Below, in pieces: positions 48,924 to 59,217 of a DNA stretch of 64,000 nucleotides. The position numbers and the translations under genes are program-made. The DNA comes from a virus (taxonomy: Duplodnaviria > Heunggongvirae > Uroviricota > Caudoviricetes), in the IMG/VR virus record IMGVR_UViG_3300021431_000002; one strand, written 5' to 3'. The first letter of the stretch is position 1, and each line of letters opens with the position of its first letter. The notes under the pieces are model-generated. The model saw only the letters and a program-made list of their open reading frames with translations, did no database searches and was not told where the DNA came from.

Positions 48924-50585
48924 TTAATCATCCATTAATATATCTCTTATCTCCAACAATTTTGCAATATCTTTAACAATATTATTTTTGTCAAATGTCA
49001 TTTCGTTTAATTGGCTACTCAAGCCTTTTAATTCTTCGTTGTTTGAATCTTCTTTAAGCATTGATGTGATGGCTGTTAGACAATCCTCTTTAAGTTTATT
49101 AAACAGTTTCTCTTTTCTCTGCTCTGCAATTGGGCTTCTAAAATCTGTAATTTGCTGCACAAATGACATTTCAGATTCATTAAGGTTTGTTTTCATCTTG
49201 TCCTCAAACTCACTTATCAAATCGTCAATATTTTTGCTTTCTTTAATCACATCGTTTTTATGATTTTCCATATATTGGCAAACCGTATGATAACTTTCGA
49301 TGAGTGGTATCATATTTGCAGTTGTTTTCTTATGTGTTAGAATAATATGGCCTGATTCATATAGTTTTCTACTTTCATCATCGATGAAATCACTAGGAAT
49401 TATATTGTTTTCAAGCATCACTTTTCTAAGTTTTTTATTTGACTCCCTAACTGTTTTCTGGTTTATTCCCTTAACAGAAATATCAGCCAATTTCTCTAGC
49501 ACTTCTTTTGCTTCGGCAATAGTTGCAGCCTTGCCCTTATATTGCGTTTTAATCGCATTGTAGAAGGCAAATTCGTTCTTGAGGTTACTATCTTCCTTTA
49601 TTAATTTTACAACGTCTCTGACAGCCTTTTTGTTCGTCTTAAATAACGTAGGCAATTGCTGTTCAAATATATGATTTAAGATACCGAAATTATTAGTTTT
49701 CATTTCAGACGATAATTCATTCTCATGTTTATTATCTTCAATGGTTTCATCTAGCATACGTTTTGCTGCATTATAAGCACCGAAATCATTTCTTTTAAGT
49801 GCCTCATTCATTATTTCAATATAGTTTGAAAACTCTTTTTGATATTTATTCTCTTTCATATCGTTTTCTTTTATTGTGTTTTTAGGTTCTTTTTCTTCTT
49901 GGTGTATCAATGAATTGTATTGCGCTATTGTCATGTTGCCCAATTTGGCGGTTTTGTCGGCTAATTTAGAATTAGGCGTATTATATTTCCTTACAATGTC
50001 AACCATCCATTCTGGAAATGAATATGACCCTTTTATATTCATTCCCATTAATCTAATATCTGTTGGACTAACATATTGGTCGTTTGAGTTAATATACCAA
50101 ATGACATTGGCATCTCCAGCCTTTACTTCATCATTACCACCCCATTTTTGTTCCTCTGGATAAACATAACTATAATCTTGGAATTTTTCTACCCCACCTA
50201 GATTTTCAAGTATTTCATATAATTTTTCTGAAGATACTTTATGCCAAGTTGTAATAATTTTCGGCTCGTCAAACGTTCTTCCTTTAAATGCTGCTGTGTC
50301 GTTAACAGCACGTCCAATACCTTCTATGTCATCATCTTCTATATCTTCACTAGATATTGCTTTACCAAGTATTTCATAACCAATTTTTTGAGACAAATGG
50401 TAATGGCAAGTATCCGCTTCGGAAACAAATTCCTTTTCTCCGTCTAATGATGTTTGAAACCACCCGAATGAGATTCCCTTATCTCCGTCAAAATACCAAG
50501 ACCTCATGTATTTATCAGTGGAATCATCATACTCCGACATTGTATCAGGGTTTCCTTGAAAATATTCTAATATAATTTTTTTCAT
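48924..50585 (-). CDS. Two-part putative head protein
   Basis: MKKIILE leader, globular N-domain, TIKE linker and helical C-domain; downstream of the portal gene. Confidence 0.6.
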   Translation of the reverse strand: MKKIILEYFQGNPDTMSEYDDSTDKYMRSWYFDGDKGISFGWFQTSLDGEKEFVSEADTCHYHLSQKIGYEILGKAISSEDIEDDDIEGIGRAVNDTAAFKGRTFDEPKIITTWHKVSSEKLYEILENLGGVEKFQDYSYVYPEEQKWGGNDEVKAGDANVIWYINSNDQYVSPTDIRLMGMNIKGSYSFPEWMVDIVRKYNTPNSKLADKTAKLGNMTIAQYNSLIHQEEKEPKNTIKENDMKENKYQKEFSNYIEIMNEALKRNDFGAYNAAKRMLDETIEDNKHENELSSEMKTNNFGILNHIFEQQLPTLFKTNKKAVRDVVKLIKEDSNLKNEFAFYNAIKTQYKGKAATIAEAKEVLEKLADISVKGINQKTVRESNKKLRKVMLENNIIPSDFIDDESRKLYESGHIILTHKKTTANMIPLIESYHTVCQYMENHKNDVIKESKNIDDLISEFEDKMKTNLNESEMSFVQQITDFRSPIAEQRKEKLFNKLKEDCLTAITSMLKEDSNNEELKGLSSQLNEMTFDKNNIVKDIAKLLEIRDILMDD

Positions 50586-50650
50586 TGAAACATTATTTCT
50601 TATAAATATCATCGTAAAATAAAAAGCGTGACCATTGCCACGCTCTTTAT

Positions 50651-52672
50651 TTATTCATCAACATATTTGTTAAGTGCTTTAATCATCTTATCAAATTCCT
50701 CATTAATCATAACACTTTCACTATCATATACATCTGCACGTTTATATGATGCCTCTTGTGGCTTTACAGAATGTTCATCAAGCATATTCATGTATTTATC
50801 AAACATGCTTTCAACTATTAATGGTTTTTTGGTATTGAATGATTCCATTGGTGCATTTGGGTCAGAACCCATGTCGGCTGTTGGCATAGAGCCTTCTGCT
50901 CCAGCAATGTCTCCACCGCTTCCATCATCACCAGGTGCTCCGAGTCCGTCTAGGTCTCCTCCCATGTCACCTTCTCCACCCATAGGTGCTGGAGGTGGTG
51001 CGCCACCGCCTCCCATGCCTCCATTATTACCCATGCCTCCTTGACCTTGTTGGTCATCCATATATTCGGCACCAGGCTCACCGTATATTCTGTCAACAGT
51101 ATCGAATATACCAGTTTTCTTGATGATTTGAGTTGTTTTCTCAAGTTCAGCAGCAATACCTTTTTCAAGACGTATTTCTTCAAGATTCTCTTTAATTTCT
51201 TTTTCAGACCATTTCATTATCTGTTTTAATGCACGAGTCTGAGACATAACTGGAAGACCATTACCTGGGTCACTAACAGCATCCCTAACAGCATCAATCT
51301 TCTTCTGCATATTTTCTATCTCCAAACCTTCTGCTTGAGTTGATGGATTGTTCATCGACAAAGTGAAATTATTTAACTCATCGTTAAAGCCAAGCAAAAA
51401 TAAATGTATTGATGCAACTTTCGTTAATTCCATCAAAAATGCTTGCTGAATTCTATTTACTGTTCTAGTAAAACGAATATCCATTAACGCTAGGTTTTTA
51501 CCATCACCAGCAGTCTCTTCAAAATTCAAGAATGACTTAGGTATTCTAAGTGCTGTCAGTACTTTGTTCTGTACAAACTTGATGTCATCCAATGCGGTCA
51601 TGTTCTGTGCAGCAGACAATGTATCAATTGGTGTTGGCGCATTCTCATCACGAACAGGAATAAAAATATCTTGGTCAACTGATAATATATTTTTACGAAG
51701 GTCAATTTGCCCAGTCATTGGGTCAACAATTGGTGTCCTTTTAAATTCATTTGCGATTCTCTCAACATATGCTTGAACATCTGCATCATCAATTGCGCCA
51801 ACGAATATTTTATACACACGTCTTTCAATTGAGCGTTCCAAACGATATATAAGCATCATGTCTTCCATAAGAGAAAGCATACGCCAATGCCTACGTGCTG
51901 CATTAAGATAACTAACTCCGTAAGGTAAATATAATGAATTGGTAAGTAATCTGAAATGCGCTATTTGCCAATCACGGAATGGTATTTGGGAGTTGTTATC
52001 ATCTAGCCAAATAAATTGTGTTGACATATCAGCATTATCCTTGGTGATTCCATTTACCGCAATTGACGCACCAGCACCATATGGATTTTGTATTCCGTTT
52101 TCAATTCTTTCCATATTGAAAACTGGCATTTGTTTCCACCCCTTTACGCCATTTTTGTTATCAATATCCAAAAGCATAAATTGGTTTCCATACTTACACA
52201 TTGCACGAATTATCATTTGCCCAGTTAACTGTATATTCAATCTATTTACGAACAAATCTTCTAGTATACTTTTAATACGGTCAGATTTTGAATATACATT
52301 TACAATCATCCCTTTATCATTCGTAATGGTACTTTCCTCTGATACAATATCCAATGCAGCACCAATCTCTGGAAATGCATCCATCAAATCAGCGTCACGA
52401 TACATAAGCTTAACATTGTTAAGTCCAGCATATGCCGTAACAGACAGATTTACATTGGCTTTAATCCACCTATCCTTTAAATATTTATTTTGTTGAAGCT
52501 CTAGTTTTTTAGTGGTATAGTCTTCCTTGCTATCGGTTTTATATAATATTTTACCACCGTTGCTAGTCATGTCATATGTGTTGACATGTGGCATAGCATT
52601 ATCTTGAGGATTCCAATTACCAGTAATCGCTTTATCTAGGGCTTGAAACACAGTTCCATTTTTCTTAGCCAT
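50651..52672 (-). CDS. Portal protein (gp20-like)
   Basis: PEIGAALD, IAHFRL, LMEDMMLIYRLERSIERRV, DIFIPVR, IDTL, ALRIPK. Confidence 0.95.
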   Translation of the reverse strand: MAKKNGTVFQALDKAITGNWNPQDNAMPHVNTYDMTSNGGKILYKTDSKEDYTTKKLELQQNKYLKDRWIKANVNLSVTAYAGLNNVKLMYRDADLMDAFPEIGAALDIVSEESTITNDKGMIVNVYSKSDRIKSILEDLFVNRLNIQLTGQMIIRAMCKYGNQFMLLDIDNKNGVKGWKQMPVFNMERIENGIQNPYGAGASIAVNGITKDNADMSTQFIWLDDNNSQIPFRDWQIAHFRLLTNSLYLPYGVSYLNAARRHWRMLSLMEDMMLIYRLERSIERRVYKIFVGAIDDADVQAYVERIANEFKRTPIVDPMTGQIDLRKNILSVDQDIFIPVRDENAPTPIDTLSAAQNMTALDDIKFVQNKVLTALRIPKSFLNFEETAGDGKNLALMDIRFTRTVNRIQQAFLMELTKVASIHLFLLGFNDELNNFTLSMNNPSTQAEGLEIENMQKKIDAVRDAVSDPGNGLPVMSQTRALKQIMKWSEKEIKENLEEIRLEKGIAAELEKTTQIIKKTGIFDTVDRIYGEPGAEYMDDQQGQGGMGNNGGMGGGGAPPPAPMGGEGDMGGDLDGLGAPGDDGSGGDIAGAEGSMPTADMGSDPNAPMESFNTKKPLIVESMFDKYMNMLDEHSVKPQEASYKRADVYDSESVMINEEFDKMIKALNKYVDE

Positions 52673-52728
52673 GACAATTTTTTATATAAAAAATAATTAT
52701 TCTTCTATAAATATAAATATAAATTAAG

Positions 52729-54606
52729 TTAACGTTGCATTCCGAATACCCACATGCAGCTTCCATTAGGTATATGGTCAAATTTATTGATATTTTTACT
52801 GTTATAAAAGGGTAGACCATTTTGTGGCGTTATCGGGTTGCCATAGTTGATTTTAGGCTTATTCATATTAATGGCATTGGACATCATATATGCATTTAAT
52901 ATTGATTTGTCTTTGTTAACGGTATTTTGTATTCTGTTAACAGTAAACTGCATAACAAATAATCCCATTGCTAGTGATGTCAAAGTATCATCGTGAGCAC
53001 CGTCTTGGTGGTCAATTCTAGCGTTCTCTCCCTTGAATATCCAAGTTTCAAGTTCATTGATAACTCTAGCAGAACGTATCTTAAATTCATCATTACGAAC
53101 CAAACCAGCAAAATTTGCTAATACTGGATAACGGTTTCCTTGGAAATGGAAACCAGGTAACTTATCCGTGTATCCATCATAGTTTTTGGTTGACCTTTGT
53201 ACAGTATAAGTCTTTTGATTAGAGTCCTCATAATACAAATTCTTATAACCCATCTGAAGCATTGTTAAAATGCAAGCGTCTCCTTGACCGCCAGTACAGT
53301 CAACAACAACAAACGCATCATTATACATCGTGGCATATTGATAGCACAATGCGCCAATATCATCACCAAGTTTTTTGCCCACATATTCCGCAACTTGTTC
53401 AATTATTGGCATTCCATTTTCATCCCTACCGTCCATATCAATGATTTCAATGGCAGTTCTATCGGCTGAAACACCCCTAGACGGGTCGCAAGCCAAAATA
53501 TAACGGTGTCCATCAATCGGTTTTTTCCAAAACCAAGTTTCCTCAACCAACGGGTCAACAAAATCAGATAAAGGTTCTCTAGTATTTAATTTCTCTTGCA
53601 TTTCAATAAACTCTGGGGCAACAACGTTATCAGCAGAACCCATGAATGACACATCAAGCTCTTGCGCAATTTTCATTGAGTCATTGTTGAACTGTTTACA
53701 CATTTCATCGTACCAAGGTGCGGATGGTTTCCAACCACTATGCTCTAGTCTAGCCCATCTTTCCTCGTTATATGCAATGCCACCTTCTCCATCAACAATC
53801 GGGTCTTGGTCATACATCCATTCGCCTGTATCTTCGTTTTTCTTTTTCCAAACAAGATATTTGTTAAAACGAGGGTCTTGATACCAACGGAACTGTACAG
53901 CGACAAAGTTATTTTCTTTACTAAGTGCTTGTCTGTAAGTATTATAATACAACTCGTCTCTACCATTAGGCGTAGATACCATCACAGTTTTGGAGTTTGG
54001 GTTTGATGCCATTGTTGCAGCAGCAGTAGTAAATGCAGCAACACCTTCCTCAATAAATGCAGCCTCATCAAGAATCAATACAGATACAGCAGAAATACCA
54101 CGAGAGGCATTAGGACCAGAAGCACGAGCAATAACTCTACAACCATTGAATAATTTTAACTCACCTTTTGCGTCTTTTAAGAATATGGATTTCGTGTTTT
54201 TCTCAGAATTTGGGTCTGGCGAAAAATAATCGTTTCCCCACATCCAACGAGGTACTTGCTCTAAGAAATCACGGATTTTAATAATAATTTCTTGTGCTTG
54301 CTCAAGTTTGTTTGCAATACACAAAACAGTTTCTGGTGCATCTTTTGAGGCAAAAACGCATTGTCCAGTAACCCATGCGCTAGATAAAGTTGTAATACCA
54401 CACTGTCTAGGCTTAATTGCAACAACATTTCTGTTTTCTGAAAGGGCTTTCAGAAATGCCCTTTGTCTTGGGAAACAATGAAATTGTGTTTTTTTACCCT
54501 TAGTCGCATTAAACGTACTAAGGTATGTTTCGATGAATTTTATTCGAGATTTGTCCGCATAACATAATGCGTAATCCCTTTGCATTTGAGCGAAATCGTA
54601 TATCAT
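52729..54606 (-). CDS. terL: Terminase large subunit (gp17-like)
   Basis: KPRQCGITT, LILDEAAF, VSTPNG, QEL...F, ACDPSRG, HDDTL. Confidence 0.95.
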   Translation of the reverse strand: MIYDFAQMQRDYALCYADKSRIKFIETYLSTFNATKGKKTQFHCFPRQRAFLKALSENRNVVAIKPRQCGITTLSSAWVTGQCVFASKDAPETVLCIANKLEQAQEIIIKIRDFLEQVPRWMWGNDYFSPDPNSEKNTKSIFLKDAKGELKLFNGCRVIARASGPNASRGISAVSVLILDEAAFIEEGVAAFTTAAATMASNPNSKTVMVSTPNGRDELYYNTYRQALSKENNFVAVQFRWYQDPRFNKYLVWKKKNEDTGEWMYDQDPIVDGEGGIAYNEERWARLEHSGWKPSAPWYDEMCKQFNNDSMKIAQELDVSFMGSADNVVAPEFIEMQEKLNTREPLSDFVDPLVEETWFWKKPIDGHRYILACDPSRGVSADRTAIEIIDMDGRDENGMPIIEQVAEYVGKKLGDDIGALCYQYATMYNDAFVVVDCTGGQGDACILTMLQMGYKNLYYEDSNQKTYTVQRSTKNYDGYTDKLPGFHFQGNRYPVLANFAGLVRNDEFKIRSARVINELETWIFKGENARIDHQDGAHDDTLTSLAMGLFVMQFTVNRIQNTVNKDKSILNAYMMSNAINMNKPKINYGNPITPQNGLPFYNSKNINKFDHIPNGSCMWVFGMQR

Positions 54607-54703
54607 AATTGTAACTGTCTAAATTTTAATAAATATTACGTAACTTTCAAAAGTTATTTTTTTGATAAATATTTACAAAATAAAAAAAGAGTAACTACTA
54701 CAG

Positions 54704-56392
54704 TTACTCTTCATTATCAATGTATTTTGGTAATTCTGATTTCAATATTGCATAATAATCACATATCGTTTCATTTTCGAAATTGTTGTATGTGTCTTGA
54801 AATACAGCGATGTCGTTAAACGAATTAAGTTTTCCAAATATACCCCTAATACCGTCATCATTATGTCTTGTTGAGTGCCTACTGCATATTGCGCCAAACT
54901 CACGAACAGCCTTTGCATATATTTTAGTTCCTAATCCGTAGCCTCTAAGTTGTGGGTCTAAAATAATATCAATATTCAATAACTGCTGTTTGCCAGTAGG
55001 AAAACGTTTATAAACAACTCTAAAATCTAGGTTAACCAATTCACTAGGTATTTCGATGCCATCAACTGAAAGATAAACTTTTTCCCCATACTCATCTGAT
55101 TCACCTTCAATAAAATCAATGTTATCAACAGTTGCATTGGCTATAATAGCCATGATTTCAGAATTTTGTTCTTCTCCATTTTCTTCAATTACATCACCTT
55201 CCTCTACGTCAGAATCCAATTCATACCCGTTGGTTTCAGCTCCAGTGAAATACGAATCTTTAATTAATGATTTGTCTACATTTTTGGCGTTTATTCTGTT
55301 GGTAAACTGTTGGTATCCATTGTCATATTCAGCGTCTTTCATTAAATTGTTGACAATTTCATTACCCTTTTCAGTATTAGACAATATTTCTTTAACTGAC
55401 AAGTTGAACTCGTTTGTTGGAATTTTAACGAAAGATGTAAACATATAAGGAATCATATTCGTGTCCTCTACGCCACCGAAAATCATTTCCCATAAGCCAA
55501 CACCAAGCCTTAAATCCCAAGGCTCTGCAAGAACGAAATCAGCCTTTTTAACGATATACTGTGCTTTATCCCTATCTTGTGGTAAGCCATGCGCTGAAAA
55601 TAGTTCAAATAAACCCTTAATGGACTCTTGGAACAGCAACGGGAAAACAAGACCTTGTACTTTTATTGTTGTTTTTGCATCTGCAATTCCTAGGTGTGTC
55701 TCAACATACGAACCTTGCATTGGTTTATCATCAGACATTTCTTCTTTCTTAGTAAAAAGCAAGTAATCGTTAATTATTCTAATCTTTCTATATAATCTAG
55801 GGAGTTTCGGATTTATTTTATCTATATCATCAATATATAATCCTTCTATTCCGCTATATAAGTATGCAGCACCTTGTATAAGGGCATTGATGAATCTTCT
55901 TTTTCCAACAGCCTTATTAGACAAATCAATATCAGCAATATCTTTGAATGTATATTTCGCATCATCATTAGACTCTGGTCTCATTCTAATAGCACTTTTA
56001 AATTTGATTTTATCTACCAATTTAAAAGACATATTAATTGATTCTTCTGGAATTGCAAACAATCTGTTTAACGCATTCTCACATATTTTCTCTAATGCGT
56101 CTCTCACTGGTTCTTCTAATCTTTTACATTCTGTTACCAACGAACTTAGTTCGCTAACTAAATCGTCTTCGTTTAATGACACTAAACCAATATCATCTAT
56201 CGCATCACAAACTTCGTTATATCTTTTTTTCAGCAAGACATAATCAAAAGGATAATCGTCACTAGAGGGAAACGCTTCATTATCTCCTAGTGATGTCGTA
56301 TGTGTTTTAACCAATTTAAATAAAAACTGTGGCAAAAGTCTTCCATTAACCACATTCGATATTGTATTCTCGCTGATGTATATTTTTTTCAT
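54704..56392 (-). CDS. Late protein with C-terminal GNAT-like domain
   Basis: MKKIYISE leader; acidic linker DVIEE; LDPQLRGYGLGTKIY acetyl-CoA-binding motif A. Confidence 0.6.
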   Translation of the reverse strand: MKKIYISENTISNVVNGRLLPQFLFKLVKTHTTSLGDNEAFPSSDDYPFDYVLLKKRYNEVCDAIDDIGLVSLNEDDLVSELSSLVTECKRLEEPVRDALEKICENALNRLFAIPEESINMSFKLVDKIKFKSAIRMRPESNDDAKYTFKDIADIDLSNKAVGKRRFINALIQGAAYLYSGIEGLYIDDIDKINPKLPRLYRKIRIINDYLLFTKKEEMSDDKPMQGSYVETHLGIADAKTTIKVQGLVFPLLFQESIKGLFELFSAHGLPQDRDKAQYIVKKADFVLAEPWDLRLGVGLWEMIFGGVEDTNMIPYMFTSFVKIPTNEFNLSVKEILSNTEKGNEIVNNLMKDAEYDNGYQQFTNRINAKNVDKSLIKDSYFTGAETNGYELDSDVEEGDVIEENGEEQNSEIMAIIANATVDNIDFIEGESDEYGEKVYLSVDGIEIPSELVNLDFRVVYKRFPTGKQQLLNIDIILDPQLRGYGLGTKIYAKAVREFGAICSRHSTRHNDDGIRGIFGKLNSFNDIAVFQDTYNNFENETICDYYAILKSELPKYIDNEE

Positions 56393-56393
56393 C

Positions 56394-56846
56394 TTATATC
56401 TCTCTTAAAAATTTGTGCAACTCTTTTTTAGTGAATGGGATTGAATTTTTTCTCATTTCTACAATTCTTGACTCATTTGTATTCATTGATGAAGAAGATG
56501 TTTGAGGCTTCGTAAATGTAATCTGAGCGTCATCAGCACTTTGGTCTTTTGTCATTCGCTGGGCTTGCGCAAGTTGTTTCCCAGTGGCGTTAACTGGCAC
56601 CTCTAGTTTTAGCCCTTCACCGCTGTTTGCGTCATTTTGTCCATCTGCCTTACCAGCTTCCACAGAAGCACTATCAACTCCAGCGTTTTGGTTCATTAAC
56701 TGTTTTGCTTTCATTTGGGCTTGCTGAATTCCGTTTGCCATACCAATATTGGCATCCAATTCATTAAGTCTTAGTTGGCTTTTTGAATAGATTCTTCCTT
56801 CACCTAAATTTATTAAGTTATTGTTTCTTTTTACTAGTATTTTCAT
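56394..56846 (-). CDS. Late hypothetical protein
   Basis: LNE, TNE and IVE motifs; TATTTATA at 56861. Confidence 0.65.
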   Translation of the reverse strand: MKILVKRNNNLINLGEGRIYSKSQLRLNELDANIGMANGIQQAQMKAKQLMNQNAGVDSASVEAGKADGQNDANSGEGLKLEVPVNATGKQLAQAQRMTKDQSADDAQITFTKPQTSSSSMNTNESRIVEMRKNSIPFTKKELHKFLREI

Positions 56847-56880
56847 AATAACAATTTTTATATAAATATCTATTTATAAC

Positions 56881-56912
56881 AAAAAAAAGGATACCTCATT
56901 GGTATCCTTTTT
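56881..56912 (-). terminator. Intrinsic terminator
   Basis: AAAAGGATACC-TCATT-GGTATCCTTTT. Confidence 0.75.
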
Positions 56913-56918
56913 ATTTAT

Positions 56919-57431
56919 TTAGAATGGAGATTTAAACGGCATTTCAACATTTCTATATTGTTTTGGCAATTTCTTCTCTGGTCTTTTAGTTCCTTCTCTA
57001 TTGTCCAAAACATCATTTATGACTTCATCTATAAGATTCATTACATTTCGTCTAGATTCCATTGGCATTTCTCCACCCATATCTGGTGTTTCCTCCCCAT
57101 TGGAATCATCAGCCATACTTTTAGCGTATTTTGTTACTGCTGCCTTGTCTTCGATTGATAAACCATTGATAATATTCATTAGTTCATCATCACCACCCAT
57201 AGCATTAGGGTCTTGTCCACCCATGCCGTTTGGGTCTTCTCCCATAGGGTCAGCACCGCCCATAGCATTAGGGTCATCCATTCCCATATCATCAGGACCC
57301 ATTGGTGGCATTGGAGCATTATCTAAATCACCCATGCCATCCATATCGCCACCCATAGGGTCACTGTTTGGTATTTCTAACTTAGTAGGTCTTTCTTCAA
57401 AAACCCCTTCGTTTACCTTTTGTTTTTTTTT
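56919..57431 (-). CDS. Putative -1 frameshift extension of the 57413-59137 protein
   Basis: Frame opens just before an A9 run and reads KKKQKVNEGVFEERPTKLEIPNSDP into MGGDMDG... Confidence 0.6.
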   Translation of the reverse strand, partial: KKKQKVNEGVFEERPTKLEIPNSDPMGGDMDGMGDLDNAPMPPMGPDDMGMDDPNAMGGADPMGEDPNGMGGQDPNAMGGDDELMNIINGLSIEDKAAVTKYAKSMADDSNGEETPDMGGEMPMESRRNVMNLIDEVINDVLDNREGTKRPEKKLPKQYRNVEMPFKSPF

Positions 57432-59137
57432 AGACGATTGAATGCTTCAGCAATTGCGTTATCAATTGATTGTGGGTCAATCTCGAATGGAGCACCGTCA
57501 CCAATCTTTTCACCATAAGGATTATCATTTCTTACTGAATCATCATTCATGTCATAGTATCCAGGGAATTCTTGCAAATCCTTTGGAGGCAATTCCATCA
57601 CTTTCTTCTGATATGCTGGGTGTTTACCGAAGTCATCCAACTTGTTCATATTACCACTAGGAACACGTCCAGCATCCTTAAAAGGTGTCATTCCATCCTC
57701 GTTGATTCTTCTTCTACGTGCTTCATTCATTCTCTCTCTACGCATTGCATTTCTAAATGCCCTAGTCTCATAAATCTGTACGCCACCTCTGCGTCTTCTG
57801 CTTTCCATTGGCATTTCATCGTCCTCTGCACCAAAATCATCTTTGCCTCCGAAGTCATCTTCTGCCCCAAAATCGTCGCCACCTTCGTCATCGAAAAGTT
57901 CATCATCGCCATATGCATCATCATCGACTGGTCCAGCATCAACTCCGAGTTTAGCAGCAATCTGGTTCAAAAGCTCTTCCATTGCGTCAAGACGAGACTC
58001 TGTATCGTCCTCATATACGTCATCTTCATCACCAAGGTCATCATCGCCAAGTTCTTCGCCATCTTCGCCATTTTCAGCACCCAAGTCATCACCTATTGGG
58101 TCTCCACCAAAGTCATCATCGCCAAGTTCTTCACCACTTTCAGCACCTAAGTCATCACCCATTGGGTCTTCTTCGCCTTCAGCACCGAAATCATCAATAG
58201 CCTCGTCAATTTGTTTACCTTTTTCATCATCAAATGGTTTATTATTGTCATCAGATGGTCCTTCGCCAACACCAACACTTGGACTGTTCTGGTTATCAGC
58301 ATCATGCATTGAAGTTCCGTGATTCTCAACTACGCCATTTTTCATTTCGCCAGTTTTAGATACTTTCTTATCTCCATCATCAATGTTTCTTGCGGTTGCA
58401 TCATCGAATGGAGCACTATCGCCAATCTCAGTTCCATGAGATTTGTCCATATAGTCATCGTTTCCACGATTCCAGCCAAGTACCTCTTCCTCATTTACAG
58501 ATTCGCACTGACATGGGTTTTTACCACATTTAGGACAAGTCTTACCTTCAGTCATTTCTTTTGGAAGTTCAGCCTTTTCGTGGTCTACTGCATTTTCAGC
58601 ATTACCAGTTTGAGGTTTCTCACTCTTTCCGATATTATCTTTTGGAGTGCTAGGAACATCACAGCAAACAGCTTTCTTTTCATTGATAGCCATTGCATTC
58701 TTCATAATCTGGCGTTCACGTAAAATTTCTTTCTGCATTTTCTCAGAAGATTCAGCAACTACATTTTCTTTGCCCTCTAGATTCCAAGAACTAACCTTGA
58801 AATCATTTTTATTAGCAGCCTCCTTTAAAGACATCATCTTTAAATCAAACTGTTTCTGAGCGTTTGCGAAAGAATTATATTCATTTTCCTTTCTGTTTCT
58901 AAATCCACCGATGTAAGAAAAATCTTCTTTAATGAGATTTGATTTGTTAGGAGCAGATTTAATATAGTATTTAGTACCCTCACGCACAATTCCATATACT
59001 TTTCCATCAGCACCAACTTTCTGGTACTCAACAGTGCTATATGCTTGCTTGTTTTCAGTCTTTAAGCCATAATTCATCAATGACTTCATCCTGTTCATGG
59101 TATTTAACTGCTCACTTGTGTAATTTTTACTATCCAT
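57413..59137 (-). CDS. Acidic prohead core/scaffold-like protein
   Basis: D/E/G-rich repeats (DDLGAE, DDFGAE), many xxE motifs, TATTTATA at 59172. Confidence 0.6.
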   Translation of the reverse strand: MDSKNYTSEQLNTMNRMKSLMNYGLKTENKQAYSTVEYQKVGADGKVYGIVREGTKYYIKSAPNKSNLIKEDFSYIGGFRNRKENEYNSFANAQKQFDLKMMSLKEAANKNDFKVSSWNLEGKENVVAESSEKMQKEILRERQIMKNAMAINEKKAVCCDVPSTPKDNIGKSEKPQTGNAENAVDHEKAELPKEMTEGKTCPKCGKNPCQCESVNEEEVLGWNRGNDDYMDKSHGTEIGDSAPFDDATARNIDDGDKKVSKTGEMKNGVVENHGTSMHDADNQNSPSVGVGEGPSDDNNKPFDDEKGKQIDEAIDDFGAEGEEDPMGDDLGAESGEELGDDDFGGDPIGDDLGAENGEDGEELGDDDLGDEDDVYEDDTESRLDAMEELLNQIAAKLGVDAGPVDDDAYGDDELFDDEGGDDFGAEDDFGGKDDFGAEDDEMPMESRRRRGGVQIYETRAFRNAMRRERMNEARRRRINEDGMTPFKDAGRVPSGNMNKLDDFGKHPAYQKKVMELPPKDLQEFPGYYDMNDDSVRNDNPYGEKIGDGAPFEIDPQSIDNAIAEAFNRLKKNKR

Positions 59138-59217
59138 AATTAATATATTAATTTTTCAGTCTTATTTTAAATATAAATATTTTAAAGTATTAAAAAATAT
59201 CACTTTATGCATTATTA

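Noticed and set aside
7709-54606. Inteins or introns in the unusually long sheath, MCP or terminase genes
   Set aside because: Frames are continuous and no C...HN-C/S/T splice motifs or LAGLIDADG were seen; the extra length looks like insertion domains
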